Below are positions 1-11,747 of a stretch of DNA of 64,000 nt, one piece after another. This DNA is from Plasmodiophora brassicae (taxonomy: Eukaryota). The translations under genes were made by a program, and so were the position numbers. The notes under the pieces are model-generated. The model did no database searches and was not told the DNA's origin. It saw only the letters and a program-made list of their open reading frames with translations. The stretch lies in the NCBI GenBank assembly GCA_036867785.1, contig CP145416.1, positions 186,001 to 250,000 of the forward strand, given 5' to 3'. Each line of letters starts with the position of its first letter. The first letter of the stretch is position 1.

Positions 1-2
1 AC

Positions 3-209
3 GAGCACAATTGGAGCTCGGTCCAGGAAAGCTGGCCGGGTTCGTTGGAGTTCGGCGCGGTGTGTCTGGTCGGCAACGTCATGGGCCAGATGGTGAAGAG
101 CATGGTGCATCGTACGTACCATGATATGGTTCCATTTAAAACGTCAGCCGGTCGGGCGGACGCCGTCGCTGGACAGCGCGTTGTCGAACGTGTTTCGACA
201 TTCCACTGA
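3..209 (+). CDS. 3' end of an upstream gene (truncated by the window), possibly a paralog of the 781-2376 protein
   Basis: Open frame from the window start to TGA at 207-209. Segment GAVCLVGNVMGQMVKSMVHR weakly resembles GAATGVAGTVIGRIIGARIRR near the C-terminus of the 781-2376 ORF. Confidence 0.3.
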   Translation, partial: EHNWSSVQESWPGSLEFGAVCLVGNVMGQMVKSMVHRTYHDMVPFKTSAGRADAVAGQRVVERVSTFH

Positions 210-240
210 CTACGCACCGATATGTACTAACGTGATGAAT

Positions 241-440
241 TGACGTTTCGCCGGAAGCGATCAAGTTCAAGCTGAGGTCCCCCTGGCTGTAGCTCTCGGA
301 CAGTAATCGGTAGACGTAAGATGGGCTGTACGGCCCACTGTGTCCACGTCCAGCTTAGAGATGGCGAACCACACGTTGGTGATGTAGAGCATACGTATAG
401 GTGGTGCTGACATTGTCATGCGAGCGCTGCGTTGTAGATC
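241..440 (-). pseudogene. Decayed duplicate of the eIF2B-beta 3' end (last exons, last intron and 3' flank)
   Basis: agctctcggacagtaatcggtagacgta.gatgggctgtacggcccactgtg and acacgttggtgatgtagagc match 2670-2895. The intron is shortened (~35 vs ~58 nt) and indels break the frame upstream. Confidence 0.85.
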
Positions 441-780
441 ATCGATGGGCTTGAGCTTTTCCGGTGAGATGTTTTGCAGACCGGACCGCCCAAATTAGGC
501 CACGAGAGCAGCTGCTTTCGTGGCCTACCTATGTAAGTTGGGCGGTCCGGTCTACCTACAGGAATTTTCCGAGGTACCCCTGGACTCTTGTAGGGTGCTA
601 AATACGGAGCTACCGGCTGTACAGCAAACTCCGCGGCAGGTGCGCACTCTTGCGCGCGCTTCAGCCGCCACGGGGTGGGCAACCAGGGGTCCGGAATCTT
701 CGACGGCGTTTCCATCGTCTCGACCCGGATGCAGCTGCGGGCCGCCTCCACAACAGGTTTCTATCTCGGCGGGCCTGGCC

Positions 781-2376
781 ATGTTATTGGTTGGGCTTGT
801 CGGTATCTGCCTATCGACGGTTGGTGGCGGGTCCGTTCCCGACCGTGCGGACCTCCAGCGCCTGATATCGTCGACGCTGTCTAACGTGTTCTGCCCGGTG
901 CTCGACGGCGAAGAAGCGCCCATCCTATGCAACAGGCTGGCGTCTGACCTGGCCCCCGTTGTCGTTCCTGTCATCATAACCGTGTTCGACAGTGAGGCTG
1001 ACGTCGTCTTCGAATGCCTAAACGGGCAGCGACCCTTCATGGACATTGCCGGCATCAACTGGCAGCATGTCGCCGCGTTGCATGCTGACCCAGAGCGCGT
1101 CACACGTCGCTTCGAAACGTTGTTGGAAACGATCCGCCCCGCCATTTCTGATTCCCTGCAGACGCTGAACGATCGTCCTTTGGTCCAGCGCATCGTCCGA
1201 GGCGTCGTCCGGCGCGTCGTCGAGGGTCTAGCAGCCGGGATTCGCGACGACCATCAGTGGACGGTGTACGGGACGCGCTCGCTGGTCGAGATTGCAACAC
1301 GACTGTCCAAGTTCGACCCGGTGCAATTGGACAGGTTCCTCAACTCACTGTCGGTCGCGTCCATCCGCGATGCGGCCCTCGCAGCGACGGGCCCATATGA
1401 CCTTGGCCAGTTTGTCACGATGGTTTTCGATCGAATGGACGGCGCTATCCGTTCGAGCATACCCGAACTACTGTCTCTTCTTCATGCTGTTGGGGCTGTT
1501 GACGTCCACGGGCACGTCCACATCCACGTTCTTGCTGACGAGGAGGCAGCCGCTCAGTTGGTGTCGACGATCCCCATTGTTATCCGTGAGGAGGCTGCGA
1601 GCGCTATCGAAGGGCTGGTCATGGATGGGCGCCTCCATGTGGTCAACGACATCGTTTCGCGTCATGTCGCCGACGGTCTTGGTCGCGTATCCGGTCTCGT
1701 GAACTCGCCCAGGTTCGCATTCGACAGTGCCAGGTTAATCAGCCAGACCATCGAAGTGGGCAGGTCCATCCTTGTACAACAAGGGCTCCTCCGTGATGGT
1801 GCCCGTCGAGCTGGTGTACCACTTCGGAGGGCAGCGCCTTCAGGATCTCCTGGTACTTCTCGCCGAGATCAAACCTTCGCACGAGTCCCAAGCGCATCCG
1901 GGAATCCCATAGGGAATACGGCGAGACGCGTTACGCACACGGTCACGCCACCTTGTCGTGGTATCCCTCCAGAGAACAAGACGTATGGTCCATTGTTTGC
2001 ACGATGGTTACTGCAAAGCACTCTGTTTTTACCAGCACAAATATGGCTGTACCGGCGACTGCGGCGGCCTCGTCCAGCGCCGAAAGGTGGATGGTTATGG
2101 GACGGGCACAAAATGCGTTTCGCCGGGGCTGCTACGGGGGTTGCTGGCACCGTCATTGGCCGGATCATCGGTGCTCGGATACGTCGTCGCCTTTCGCCCG
2201 TTTCTCACGATTCGTTCCCTGCTCCGTCATCTTCCGATGACGCTAGCACGTCTTTGACATCGTCCCCTGCTGGCGGCACCAGCCCATTCATCCCGAACTC
2301 TGCCGTACCTGCGTATAGTGTCATCCCTGCAACGATTGCCGCGGTTGTTGTGCCGACCGTTATGCTGCTGCCGTGA
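781..2376 (+). CDS. Intronless orphan protein with predicted signal peptide and C-terminal hydrophobic tail (secreted/GPI-anchored candidate)
   Basis: ATG 781 begins MLLVGLVGICLSTVGGG (signal-like). A long helical body follows, then a Ser/Thr-rich stretch and terminal hydrophobic VIPATIAAVVVPTVMLLP. Confidence 0.6.
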   Translation: MLLVGLVGICLSTVGGGSVPDRADLQRLISSTLSNVFCPVLDGEEAPILCNRLASDLAPVVVPVIITVFDSEADVVFECLNGQRPFMDIAGINWQHVAALHADPERVTRRFETLLETIRPAISDSLQTLNDRPLVQRIVRGVVRRVVEGLAAGIRDDHQWTVYGTRSLVEIATRLSKFDPVQLDRFLNSLSVASIRDAALAATGPYDLGQFVTMVFDRMDGAIRSSIPELLSLLHAVGAVDVHGHVHIHVLADEEAAAQLVSTIPIVIREEAASAIEGLVMDGRLHVVNDIVSRHVADGLGRVSGLVNSPRFAFDSARLISQTIEVGRSILVQQGLLRDGARRAGVPLRRAAPSGSPGTSRRDQTFARVPSASGNPIGNTARRVTHTVTPPCRGIPPENKTYGPLFARWLLQSTLFLPAQIWLYRRLRRPRPAPKGGWLWDGHKMRFAGAATGVAGTVIGRIIGARIRRRLSPVSHDSFPAPSSSDDASTSLTSSPAGGTSPFIPNSAVPAYSVIPATIAAVVVPTVMLLP

Positions 2377-2698
2377 CGGGAGGCATTGCCACCCAGTTCG
2401 CTCCCATCCCATGCATTGTTACAATACATGTCTGGCTCGCTGCCGATGCGGCGTGAAGGACGACAGTACTGGTAATCGAGAGCAGGCAGTGCTCTAACGG
2501 AGATCGCTGACCTACTGTAGATGGATACGGCAGCCATATTGCCGCACGAAACGGCGCATCGTCCATGAAGTGCATTTCACCAGGCGCTCGCCGCTCGGCC
2601 GGGCTATTAACGAACACAAAATGGGGCTTCCGCTATCTGAACCGACACAGGTACTCGCGCGCGCTGCACTGACGATTCGCCGGAAGGGAGCAGATGAT

Positions 2699-4261
2699 CT
2701 ATTTCAGGTCGAGATCCGCCTGGTGGTAGCTCTCGGACAGTAATCGGTAGACGTACGATGGGCTGTACGGCCCACTGTGCCCACAAACCTGGTCAGAGAT
2801 GGCGAAACGCAGTTCGGGCGTGCCGCACTGACACGTTGGTGATGTAGAGCGTGATGTACGTGGGGCTGACGTAGTCGAACGCCGGGTTGTAGATGTGGAT
2901 CTGCGTCGAGCAGCTGTCTTCGTACGCCATGATATCGCTCGGGCGTTTGTGCGCATTTAGCGTGTCTTGGCTGAACGCGTACAGCGGGCTGAACCTGACC
3001 AGGCGACCATCAGAAGGATGTCGTACGGGGGACCCGATGGCCCAACGCACTTGAATAGCCCAGCGACGACGATGACAGGAACGGCGTGGGCCTGGGCACA
3101 CGCGGCAATGTTATGCGACCCTGTATAGCCGAGTATGCCCCCATCGGCAAGTACGGCCTGAGATGACATCCGATCAGTGGCCAGGTCGTCACGATACGCG
3201 CTAGCTCGCGGGCCAGACCTGTGTCCCGATGATAACCTTGTTGACAAGCGGCATGATGGCGAACACGTGCGAATCGGGTATCAGCGTCGCGCGGATCCCA
3301 CGCTGGGCCAGCAGGGCACACATGTCGTGCCCGTGACGCTGTGGACCGGATTCGGCAACGACCACCGAGACGTCGCGACTGCCGCCACCGGCCACCAGGA
3401 ACGACAGCACGGACGACGACTTGCCGAACGTGAGAATCACCTCGCTGGACAGGCGGACGGCCGTTCAGCATCCATACAGAGAGAGAGAGAGTCGGGCACG
3501 CGACGGCAAACCTCGATCGAATATGATCCTTGGCGTACTGCGTCACGTTCGTCAACGTCAGGTCTGCAAGGGTGGAAACGTTCAGGGAAGGGGGCACACA
3601 GCGGGGCCGCCGAGCGAGCGCAGTACCAATCTCTTCGGAGAGCTCGCTCATCTCCAGCTCGACGGCCTCACGCATGGCTAGAACAACAAGTTGGGACGGG
3701 GTCAGACCGGCGTGCCATCGACAATTCGAGATGACGACCGACAGGGCGTTAAAGGGTCGTTCAAGTCGATGTGATCCCCCAGCGTGGACATGGTGCCGTC
3801 CTCCTGCGGGGCCAGTCAGACGACCCATCAGGGATGGCGTTGCTCGCGGGAGCGAATTACGGAAACGTGTCCCTCGTCGACGTGCGCGCTGCGAACAATG
3901 GCGAGGACGCGCCGGACGATGTTGCCGATGACGAGCTCCTGCGGCTTTGTCCGAACCTGGGTAGACCGACCGGCCGCGTCAGAGGGCACACAGCGGCAGG
4001 CGGCCATGGATGAATCCGCCAGCGTACGAGATGATTGCCGGAAGAGCGAACGTAGTCGAGCAGGCCGATCACCGTGTGCGCATTGCAGTCGCGGACGAGG
4101 CGCGACAGGACCTGCCGAGCGCGAGCGTCAGGGGCGGGCGCGTCCGCGATACGCGCGCGGCACTATACCCGGACGGTGCCCTTGGCGATGTTGATCGACC
4201 CGTCAACGCTGCCGCTGCGCAGCGCCTCGGCGAACTCGGCCAGGATCGACGAGTCGCCCAT
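2699..4261 (-). CDS. EIF2B2: Translation initiation factor eIF2B subunit beta (multi-exon)
   Basis: Exon peptides ILTFGKSSSV, LIPDSHVFAIMPLVNKVIIGT, AVLADGG, AHAVPVIVVAGLFK, NPAFDYVSPTYITLYITN and PSYVYRLLSESYH are typical of eIF2B-beta. ATG at 4261 (MGDSSILAEF). Confidence 0.85.
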
Positions 4262-4909
4262 CGAGTGCAGACTGCAGTCCCGGACTGCGCGGCGCTGTCT
4301 GGCACGACGACGACGACGACGACGACGAGGTGCCCGGCCTCATGTGGCGATGGTCGGCGGACGTTCGTCGCCCGCCAATGCGAATACAGCTACCGCGGTC
4401 TGTTCCATATGGGTGTTCTACGACGCCTACCTCTGGCTGGCAATGTTGACGTTCGGCGAGCGGGCGCCGATCCCGTCCTGTCGAACGGGAGAACAGCAGC
4501 GCAGGTCGCTGATGAGAAGACGACGCGAAACGAGCACCGGGTTGTGTCGGCACGCGCCCGCTGCGCGAAAAGCCGACAGGGAGGACAGCGGCGGCGGCAT
4601 CGGAGTGCGTCAGTGACGCGCGCGCGCGCCCCCCGCCGTCGTCGTCCGTCGGTTGTGTGCGTGTCGCCATGCAGAGTAGGTGGCGCGCCTAGTTGCAGGT
4701 TCGAGGGGAGGGGCGCGCTGAATGCAGTCTGGATAGGTATCGATGGCGTCCTGCCGGGCGGGTCGCCGCCGTTGCAGACCGGCCTGCTCTGGAACGCCGA
4801 CCAGGTCGCCGATCGCGAGGGAAACGCGGCGCCATCGTCGTTGCTGACTCGGTGGCAGGTGGCGCATTTGCCAGCGGTCGCGCGGGCGCCGTTCCTGTAC
4901 GTGTCGACG

Positions 4910-6783
4910 ATGCTGGGCGTCCCGCCGAGCATGATCGTGTTCGTGTTCGCCATGCTGCTGGCGATCGTGGCCGGCGCCGGCCATCGTCTGGTGCACGGGA
5001 CGACCGCCCGGCACCTGTACTCGATCGCATGGGGCACCTGCCTCCTCCTGCTCGCGTTCGGTCGCTCCTCGCTGCTCTTCTTCGCCCTGGCCGCGCTCGT
5101 CTACGTCCTCGTGCCCGTCCTGCCGCGGGCCCACGTGAACGTCGTCGTCTTCGTCGTCAGCCTCGGGTACCTGTCCGCCTGCCACCTGTACAACATGCTG
5201 GTTGCGTTCGGTAGGGCCGCACTGATGCCCGCCTGCTGGTGTCACCCCTCCTGATGACGCTCCCTGTCTAGGCGAGTACAGCGTCGACATAACGGCGCCG
5301 ATGATGGTGCTCGCCATCAAGTTGATCGCGTTCGCGCAGAACTACGAGGACGGGCGGCGTCTGCAACGGGCCGAGGTGCGGTCGGCGGGCGATAGTGCAC
5401 TCTGGGTGCAAGCCTGACTGCTGGGCGTTAGACGCTGCATCCGAGGGAGGCGCTGCACGCCTACTACAAGGAGCACGCGCTGCCGCGATACCCGACCCTG
5501 ATTGAGTACGCGTCGTATACGCTGTTCTACGGCACGTTACTCTCGGGGCCGTTCATCGACATGGCGTCGTACACGAAGTTCATCGACCAGACAATGTTCT
5601 ACGAGGTGCTGTTCGTTCATGCGCGCGTCCGCCAGGTTGCTGTACTGATCGTGTCGGTAGGCCGGGTTCCGGTCGGCACCTGCATCGACCTGGGCGACGT
5701 TGCGGACCATGGTCAACGTCGTTCTGGCGTACGCCATGGTTTTCACTGCCAGTTTCTTCCCCCTGTCGGGATATGTCCACACCAAGGAGTTCATGTCAGG
5801 GACGACGTTCGTGTACAGGTCTGTAGTGCTATCGTGCCCGTTGTGATCGTCGTCCTTAGCGCCGTCCGCTAGGCTCGTCTATTTGCTGATCGCCGTGCCG
5901 CTCTTCCGGATGAAGTACTACTTCTCGTACGTGCTGTAGTCGTATCGTGCGTTTCTGGTCCCGCGCCTGACCCGTTTCGTCAGGTGGTTCCTGGCGGAAG
6001 CGGCCTGCCAGGCATGCGGTTACGGTTTCAACGGGTTCAGTGACGAAACGCCCGAGGGACGTGCCCGTCGCATCAAATGGTGGGGCCCAACCACCATGGC
6101 CGCCTGCGCGAACCGTTTGTTGATTTAAATGCAGGGATCGGCACCACACGGCGCGTCCGCTGCAAGTGGAATTCGCAGCGAACGTTCGCGAGCAGACTGA
6201 CAACTGGAACTCATCTGTTGGCGACTTCCTGAAATACTGTATGCAACCGGCCTGGACGCCGTGTCTCGCGCGCTCGTGTTGCTGACGCGTCTGTCTGCCC
6301 AGACGTGTACTTCCGAATCGCGATCCCCGCCCCGTTCGCGAAGATGATTAGCCAGAGAGCAGCGGCCATGGTCGCCACGCGTCTGACCAGCGCCTTCTGG
6401 TCCGTGTGACGTCGTTGGCGTTACGCGTCCTGCTGCTGTCTAATGCTGTTGGAAGGCACGGGTTCTACCCGTCGTACTACCTGTTCTTCCTGTCTGCGGT
6501 CCTGATCAACGTCTTCGACACGGGCATGCAGAGGTTCGTGTACCCGATGACGACCAAGGCGGGCGGCGTGTTGCCGACGCCGGTCTACTCGTTCGTGTCC
6601 GGCCTGTTGACGTTCTCCCTGATGAACTACTTTGGGGCGGCCTTCACGATCCTGCACGTCGGCGACGTCGTGGAGACCTGGAGATCCGTCTACTTCTGCG
6701 GGCACATCTTCGGCATATGCATCGCCGTACTCCTCGCTGCCGTGCCGCCGAAACGACCGACAGGCAAGCAGCACGTGCAGTAG
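4910..6783 (+). CDS. MBOAT-family lysophospholipid acyltransferase (ALE1/LPCAT-like), multi-exon, start uncertain
   Basis: Hydrophobic exons with GPF, RMKYYF, WN and SAFW-HGFYPSYY (catalytic His) motifs. Stop TAG at 6781-6783. Confidence 0.85.
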
Positions 6784-7010
6784 CAACGAACCTCATACCC
6801 ATTGCCAATACACCGGGAACAACGCTGCCATGCACTGTTATACGATAGCGGGCCCTTGCAGCCGGCTCCAGTGGCACCGAACGATGCCAACGCTAGCGAG
6901 GTTCCCATGGTCAGGCCAGCATGCATCTGGAACGGCTACTGTGGGATTTAACATTATACTAGCGGGTCAATGATCGCGTTGCCGACACACGCCCCGTGTC
7001 TGAAATGCGG

Positions 7011-7460
7011 TTACCGGCCCGACAGATCGTACAGCAGGGACAGTTCGGCGAGATGCGACTGCATGGCCGGGATGGCATCGCATTGCTGTGCGGAAATCAG
7101 AGGCGAACCAGATCAGTCACGTCGTCAAAACGCAAGCGACGTACGGCCTGAAGCAACGCGATCGTTTCCGTGTCGCGTTCGTGCTCGCGAACGGCGGCCG
7201 CCAGGCACGCGCGCAGCTTGACGATCAGGTCGCCCTGCGCCTTGATCGTCTGCGCCTGCGTCTCAACCGTCGTCCTCAGGGCGTCGTCGGGCGGCGCCGT
7301 CACGGGCGCAGGTTTCGCCTTGGCGGCAGGTTTCTATACGACACGGTTGAGGACGAGTGCGCCTCGGCCGCCGTCCGACGGATGGCCGAACCTTGACGAC
7401 GACGACGTCGGCACGGACGACGACATTCTCCGACAACGTGGACAACGGCTGACGCGCCAT
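7011..7460 (-). CDS. Small hypothetical coiled-coil protein (3 exons)
   Basis: ATG 7460. Plausible GT-AG introns join MARQPLSTLSENV..., LRTTVETQAQTIKAQGDLIVKLRACL and a last exon ending TAA at 7011. Confidence 0.45.
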
Positions 7461-7872
7461 GCTCTCTCTCTACCTACCCACCCGCGCGCACACTGCCCGC
7501 TCCCGACCGAAATCTGTCGTCGGTGTCGCGCGCGCCAATCAGTGCACACACCGTTCAACCGATTTTGCGCGCCCAAAATCATGGCGCGCCTTTTGCCGTC
7601 ACGTCGCGTACGACCACCTGCCGAACACGCCCGCCGCACTCCTCATTCCATTCGCGATTGCGGCCTGTATCGCGAATCCCGTACGGTTGTGTATTGGACC
7701 GGTACTCGTCTCCACTCACGAGGTGCCTCCCCCCTGAGTGCAGTTCCATGAGGGGGTGCCTGCAGCTCCCGGACGGCGGAGCGCGCACGATATACCCCGT
7801 GGCGGACTCCGTGGGGACCGGGGTACCCTCGACACGTCGCACCCCCCTCCGGCCGACTGCACGAATCCAGGC

Positions 7873-9600
7873 ATGGCGCCGCCGCCGCTGGTTCGTGCAG
7901 TTAGGATTGTGAGATGGCAGAACGCGTGGGTCAGGGCGCGACCCGTGACGTGCGCGGCGACGTCGGCAGCGCCGCCGACGTTCGAGTCGTTTCCGTTGTC
8001 GCCGGCAACGATGTACGCATTGAAGGCGATACAGGTGACGTACACGACGCCGGTGCAGGCCCAGATCCTTCCCAGCGCCTTGCAAGGCAAGGACCTCCTT
8101 GTGAAAGCCAAGACCAGCGCTGAGAAAGCAGGTGCGTCGTCTCGTGTCGATGTGTCAAACGGCACACACACCTGACCCGACGTCTAGTGGCGTTCCTGAT
8201 TCCCGCTATTGAAAAGATCGCCGCTGCTGAGAAGAGCCTGAAGTTGGATCGCCAGAAGATATCGGTGCTGGTTCTGACGCCGAGTCGCGGGCACGCCGAG
8301 CGGATCCAGCAGCAGGCGCGCGCACTGGCCCAGTACCACCGCTACTGGGTCGAATCCATATTCGGCGGGTACAACGTCAGCAAGGAACTCGACCGAATCC
8401 GCTCGACGAGCGTTATCGACATTCTCATTGCGACGCCCTCTCGCCTCCTGACGCACGTTCGTGAAACGGACGGGTTCGCCAAGCGGCTCCAACAGGTCCT
8501 TCTTGTCGTCGTCGACGAGGCCGACGAGCTCGTCAACCGGGACTTCCTCAAAGGCACTCGTTTCTCGTATTCCGTCGCTGACGGTGAACTGACGCGCCCG
8601 TTCGCTCAGATATGGTCCAGGTTCTGGGGATCGTCCCGAACAGGACGCTTCGTCAGACGATGATGTTCTCGGCAACGGTGACGCAGACCATCCAGTACCT
8701 GATCCGGTTGTCGCTGCGCGCGGAGCACACGTTCATCGACACGATCGGCAAGGAGGACCTGAACGCTGTTCCGGACGTGGAACAGTACCGGGCGGTTGTC
8801 CCGCTGCAAGACCAGCTCGCCGTCCTCGAAAGCGTCCTTCAACGGCACGTGGACCAGTGCCCGGATTACAAGATCGTCGTGTTCTCGCCGACGGCTCGCC
8901 AGGCATCGTTCTGGTCCATGCTGTTCGGCAAGCTGGGCCTGAGGACGCTGCCGAACCACAGCAGGAAGTCGCGCGCCTACCAACGTAAGGCGGGCGACGA
9001 GTTCAACAGCGCCACCCAAATCATCATGTTCGCGTCCGACATCATCATTCGGCGGAACGCGTTCCCGGACACGACGTTGGTCGTCCAGGTCGGATGGGTA
9101 CCTCGCGACATGTACGTTCGGCGAATGCAGCGGACAACGCGCGAGGGCCAGGTCGGCAAGAGCGTGTTCCTGTTAAGCGAATTCGAGGCGGCATACGCCC
9201 TGGATGCCATGCCGGACCTGCCGATCAAGGACATCGGCCAGGACGACGTCGTCGCCAAAGCGGAGATGTCTGCGCAGCTGAAGGAGGTGCTAGACAGCGT
9301 GGAAAAGGATGCTGAACTAGCGAAGGCGGCTGGGCAGGCGTACCAGGCCTTCCTAGGATTCTACAACAGCCATCTGAAGCCGCTGAACTGGACAAAAGAT
9401 CGTCTCGTCGAAATGTCCAACGAGTTCGCGTCGCTGATCGGCCTGGAGCGGCCTCCAGCGCTACCCAAGGTCAGAATGCTATTCGGGGAACACGCGGCAC
9501 GCCTCGCGCCTGACTGTTTCCACAGCAACTGGCCAAGAAGATGGGCCTGATGAGGGCGTCCGGCGTCACGATCGCTGACACCGCCGCTACGTCATCGTGA
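7873..9600 (+). CDS. DEAD-box RNA helicase-like protein with degenerate ATPase motifs (probable pseudo-helicase)
   Basis: Q motif TPVQ, DEAD and SAT are present. Motif I is AKTSAEKA, Ia PSRGHA, V ASDIIIRRNAF and VI YVRRMQRTTR. Same three intron positions as the downstream paralog. Confidence 0.85.
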
Positions 9601-9747
9601 TCGTTTGCTGCCACACAGTCAGCACGGTCGTCTAATATATACCATGCGCTGGCTCAGGCAGTCACGCACCAGTCACAAGCGTCGGTTCCTTGCGGACCAC
9701 GCCGCGGAGTCCGCCACGGAGTCCGTACGGCACGGCCCGGTCAGACG

Positions 9748-11608
9748 ATGGACCCGCAGCGGAACGGGAGGCAGGCGCCTGTCAAGGCTGCCGGTGGCGA
9801 CCCCCGCCAACATGGTCGACGCCGACGCCGCCCGCGACCTGCTGGGCCTCGTCCGGCGCCGCTCGACAATGACGTCGTCATGACGGATGCCGGGCAACCG
9901 CCGTCCCCGAAACGCCAGGCCACGGATGCACGGCCCGCTGCGAGATCGTCGTCGTCGTCGAGTTCGCATATGACGACGGTTAGCTTCGCGTCGTTGCCGA
10001 TATCGTCGCCGAGTCAGCAGGCGATTTCCGCCATGGGCTTCGCGAACCTCACTCAAGTCCAAGCGCAAACGCTGCCCCGGATCATGACGGGGAATGACGT
10101 GCTGGCCAGAGCCAAAACTGGAACGGGAAAGACAGGTGCGTTGTCGTCGTATCACCCATAACGCCGCCTGATACCGTGTTCCAAGTGGCGTTCCTGCTGC
10201 CATGTGTGGAGATGCTGGCGAAGGCGTCGCCATCGGGTGTCTCAGTCCCTCGCCAGAAGGTGTCGGTCCTGGTGTTGAGCCCGACCCGCGAGCTCGCCCA
10301 GCAGATCGCCGCCGAGGCGAAGGCGCTGACCCAGTTCCATGGCTTCAAGGTCGAATGCGTGTTCGGCGGGTCGAACGTCAACCGCGAGCAGGCGCGCCTG
10401 CGATCGCCGGCCGGCGTCGACATTCTGGTCGCCACGCCCGGCCGTCTGCTGGACCACCTGAAGAACAGCCCGGGTGTTGCCAATCAGTTGAACGCGCTTC
10501 GCGTCGTCGTTTTCGATGAGTGCGACCAGCTGCTGGATCGCGGCTTCCAGCAAGGTCGCCAGCCGTCGTCGTTGCGTTGCGCGGCATTGCTGACCCGCTT
10601 TCCCTGGGTTAGACATCACGAAGATCCTGGGCTTTCTGCCGCCAAAGCATCAACGCCAGACGTTGCTGTTCTCGGCGACCGTCCCGGACAAGATACACAG
10701 CATCGTCAGCCTGGCGTTGCGCGACGGCCACGATTTCATCGACACGGTCGGCGACGAAGACACGCACACGAACCTGCAGGTGGAGCAGTTCAGCGCGGTG
10801 GTGCCGTTCGACGCCCAGCTTGCCGTCCTCGAGAACGTCCTGCGCGTGCACATGAAGGAATGCCCGCAGGACTTCAAGATCATCGTCTTCTTCCCGACCG
10901 CGCGCGTCGTCGGGTTCTGCGCCCAGCTGTTCACGTCGATCGGCCTACCCGTCCTGGAGATACACAGCCGGAAGTCGCAGGCGCAGCGCACGAAGGTGTC
11001 GAACCAGTTTCGGGAGGCGACACGCGCCATCATGTTCACGTCGGACGTCAGCGCGCGCGGCGTCGACTATCCGGACGTGACGCTGATCGTCCAGGTCGGC
11101 CTGACGACGCGTGAGCAGTACATCCATCGCGTCGGGCGAACGGCACGCGCGGGACGGCAAGGCAAGGCGGTACTGCTGGTGTGCCCGTTCGAGTCGGCCA
11201 TCCTGAAGCAGTTGAAGGACCTGCCGATCCAGGATATCAGCGAGGTGAGCGCCATCGCCAGGGCGACCATGACCCCTGAATTGCGGGCGGCGATCAGCGG
11301 CGTGCCCGGCAACGATGCGATGGTGAAGGCGGGGTCGATGGCCTACCAGGCGTTCCTCGGGTTCTACAACAGCAACACGAAGATGCTGGGCCTGTCCAAG
11401 GAGCAGCTCGTCAGCATTGCCAACAGGTTCGCTGGCATCATCGGCCTTGCCGAGGTACCCGCGTTGAGCAAGGTACCGATGTGGAATGCGGTGATGTCGA
11501 CGTTCGCCTTTCGTTCTGAGCAAACCCCTCCCCCCGTTGTAGAAAACGATCGGCATGATGGGACTCAAGGGCACCCCGGGCCTGGTCATCGACCAACACC
11601 GCCAGTGA
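9748..11608 (+). CDS. DEAD-box RNA helicase (Mss116/RH31-like)
   Basis: Canonical AKTGTGKT, PTRELA, TPGRL, DECD, SAT, ARGVD and HRVGRTAR motifs. C-terminal AYQAFLGFYNS. Three introns. Confidence 0.92.
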
Positions 11609-11747
11609 CATGTCCAGGCGTTGGTTGGCGGCCGACCCGCTACGAGGGGCGGGCGCCGGGTTCGTACCCGAACGCGACATCGTTAGATCAGTACAGACTT
11701 GCCAGACCTACGTAGCGGGACGATGGAATCGTTTAGGGTAGGCAGCG

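Noticed and set aside
520-780. Upstream extension of the 618-aa ORF
   Set aside because: Starts at a non-ATG codon. The first ATG (781) directly precedes a signal-like peptide.
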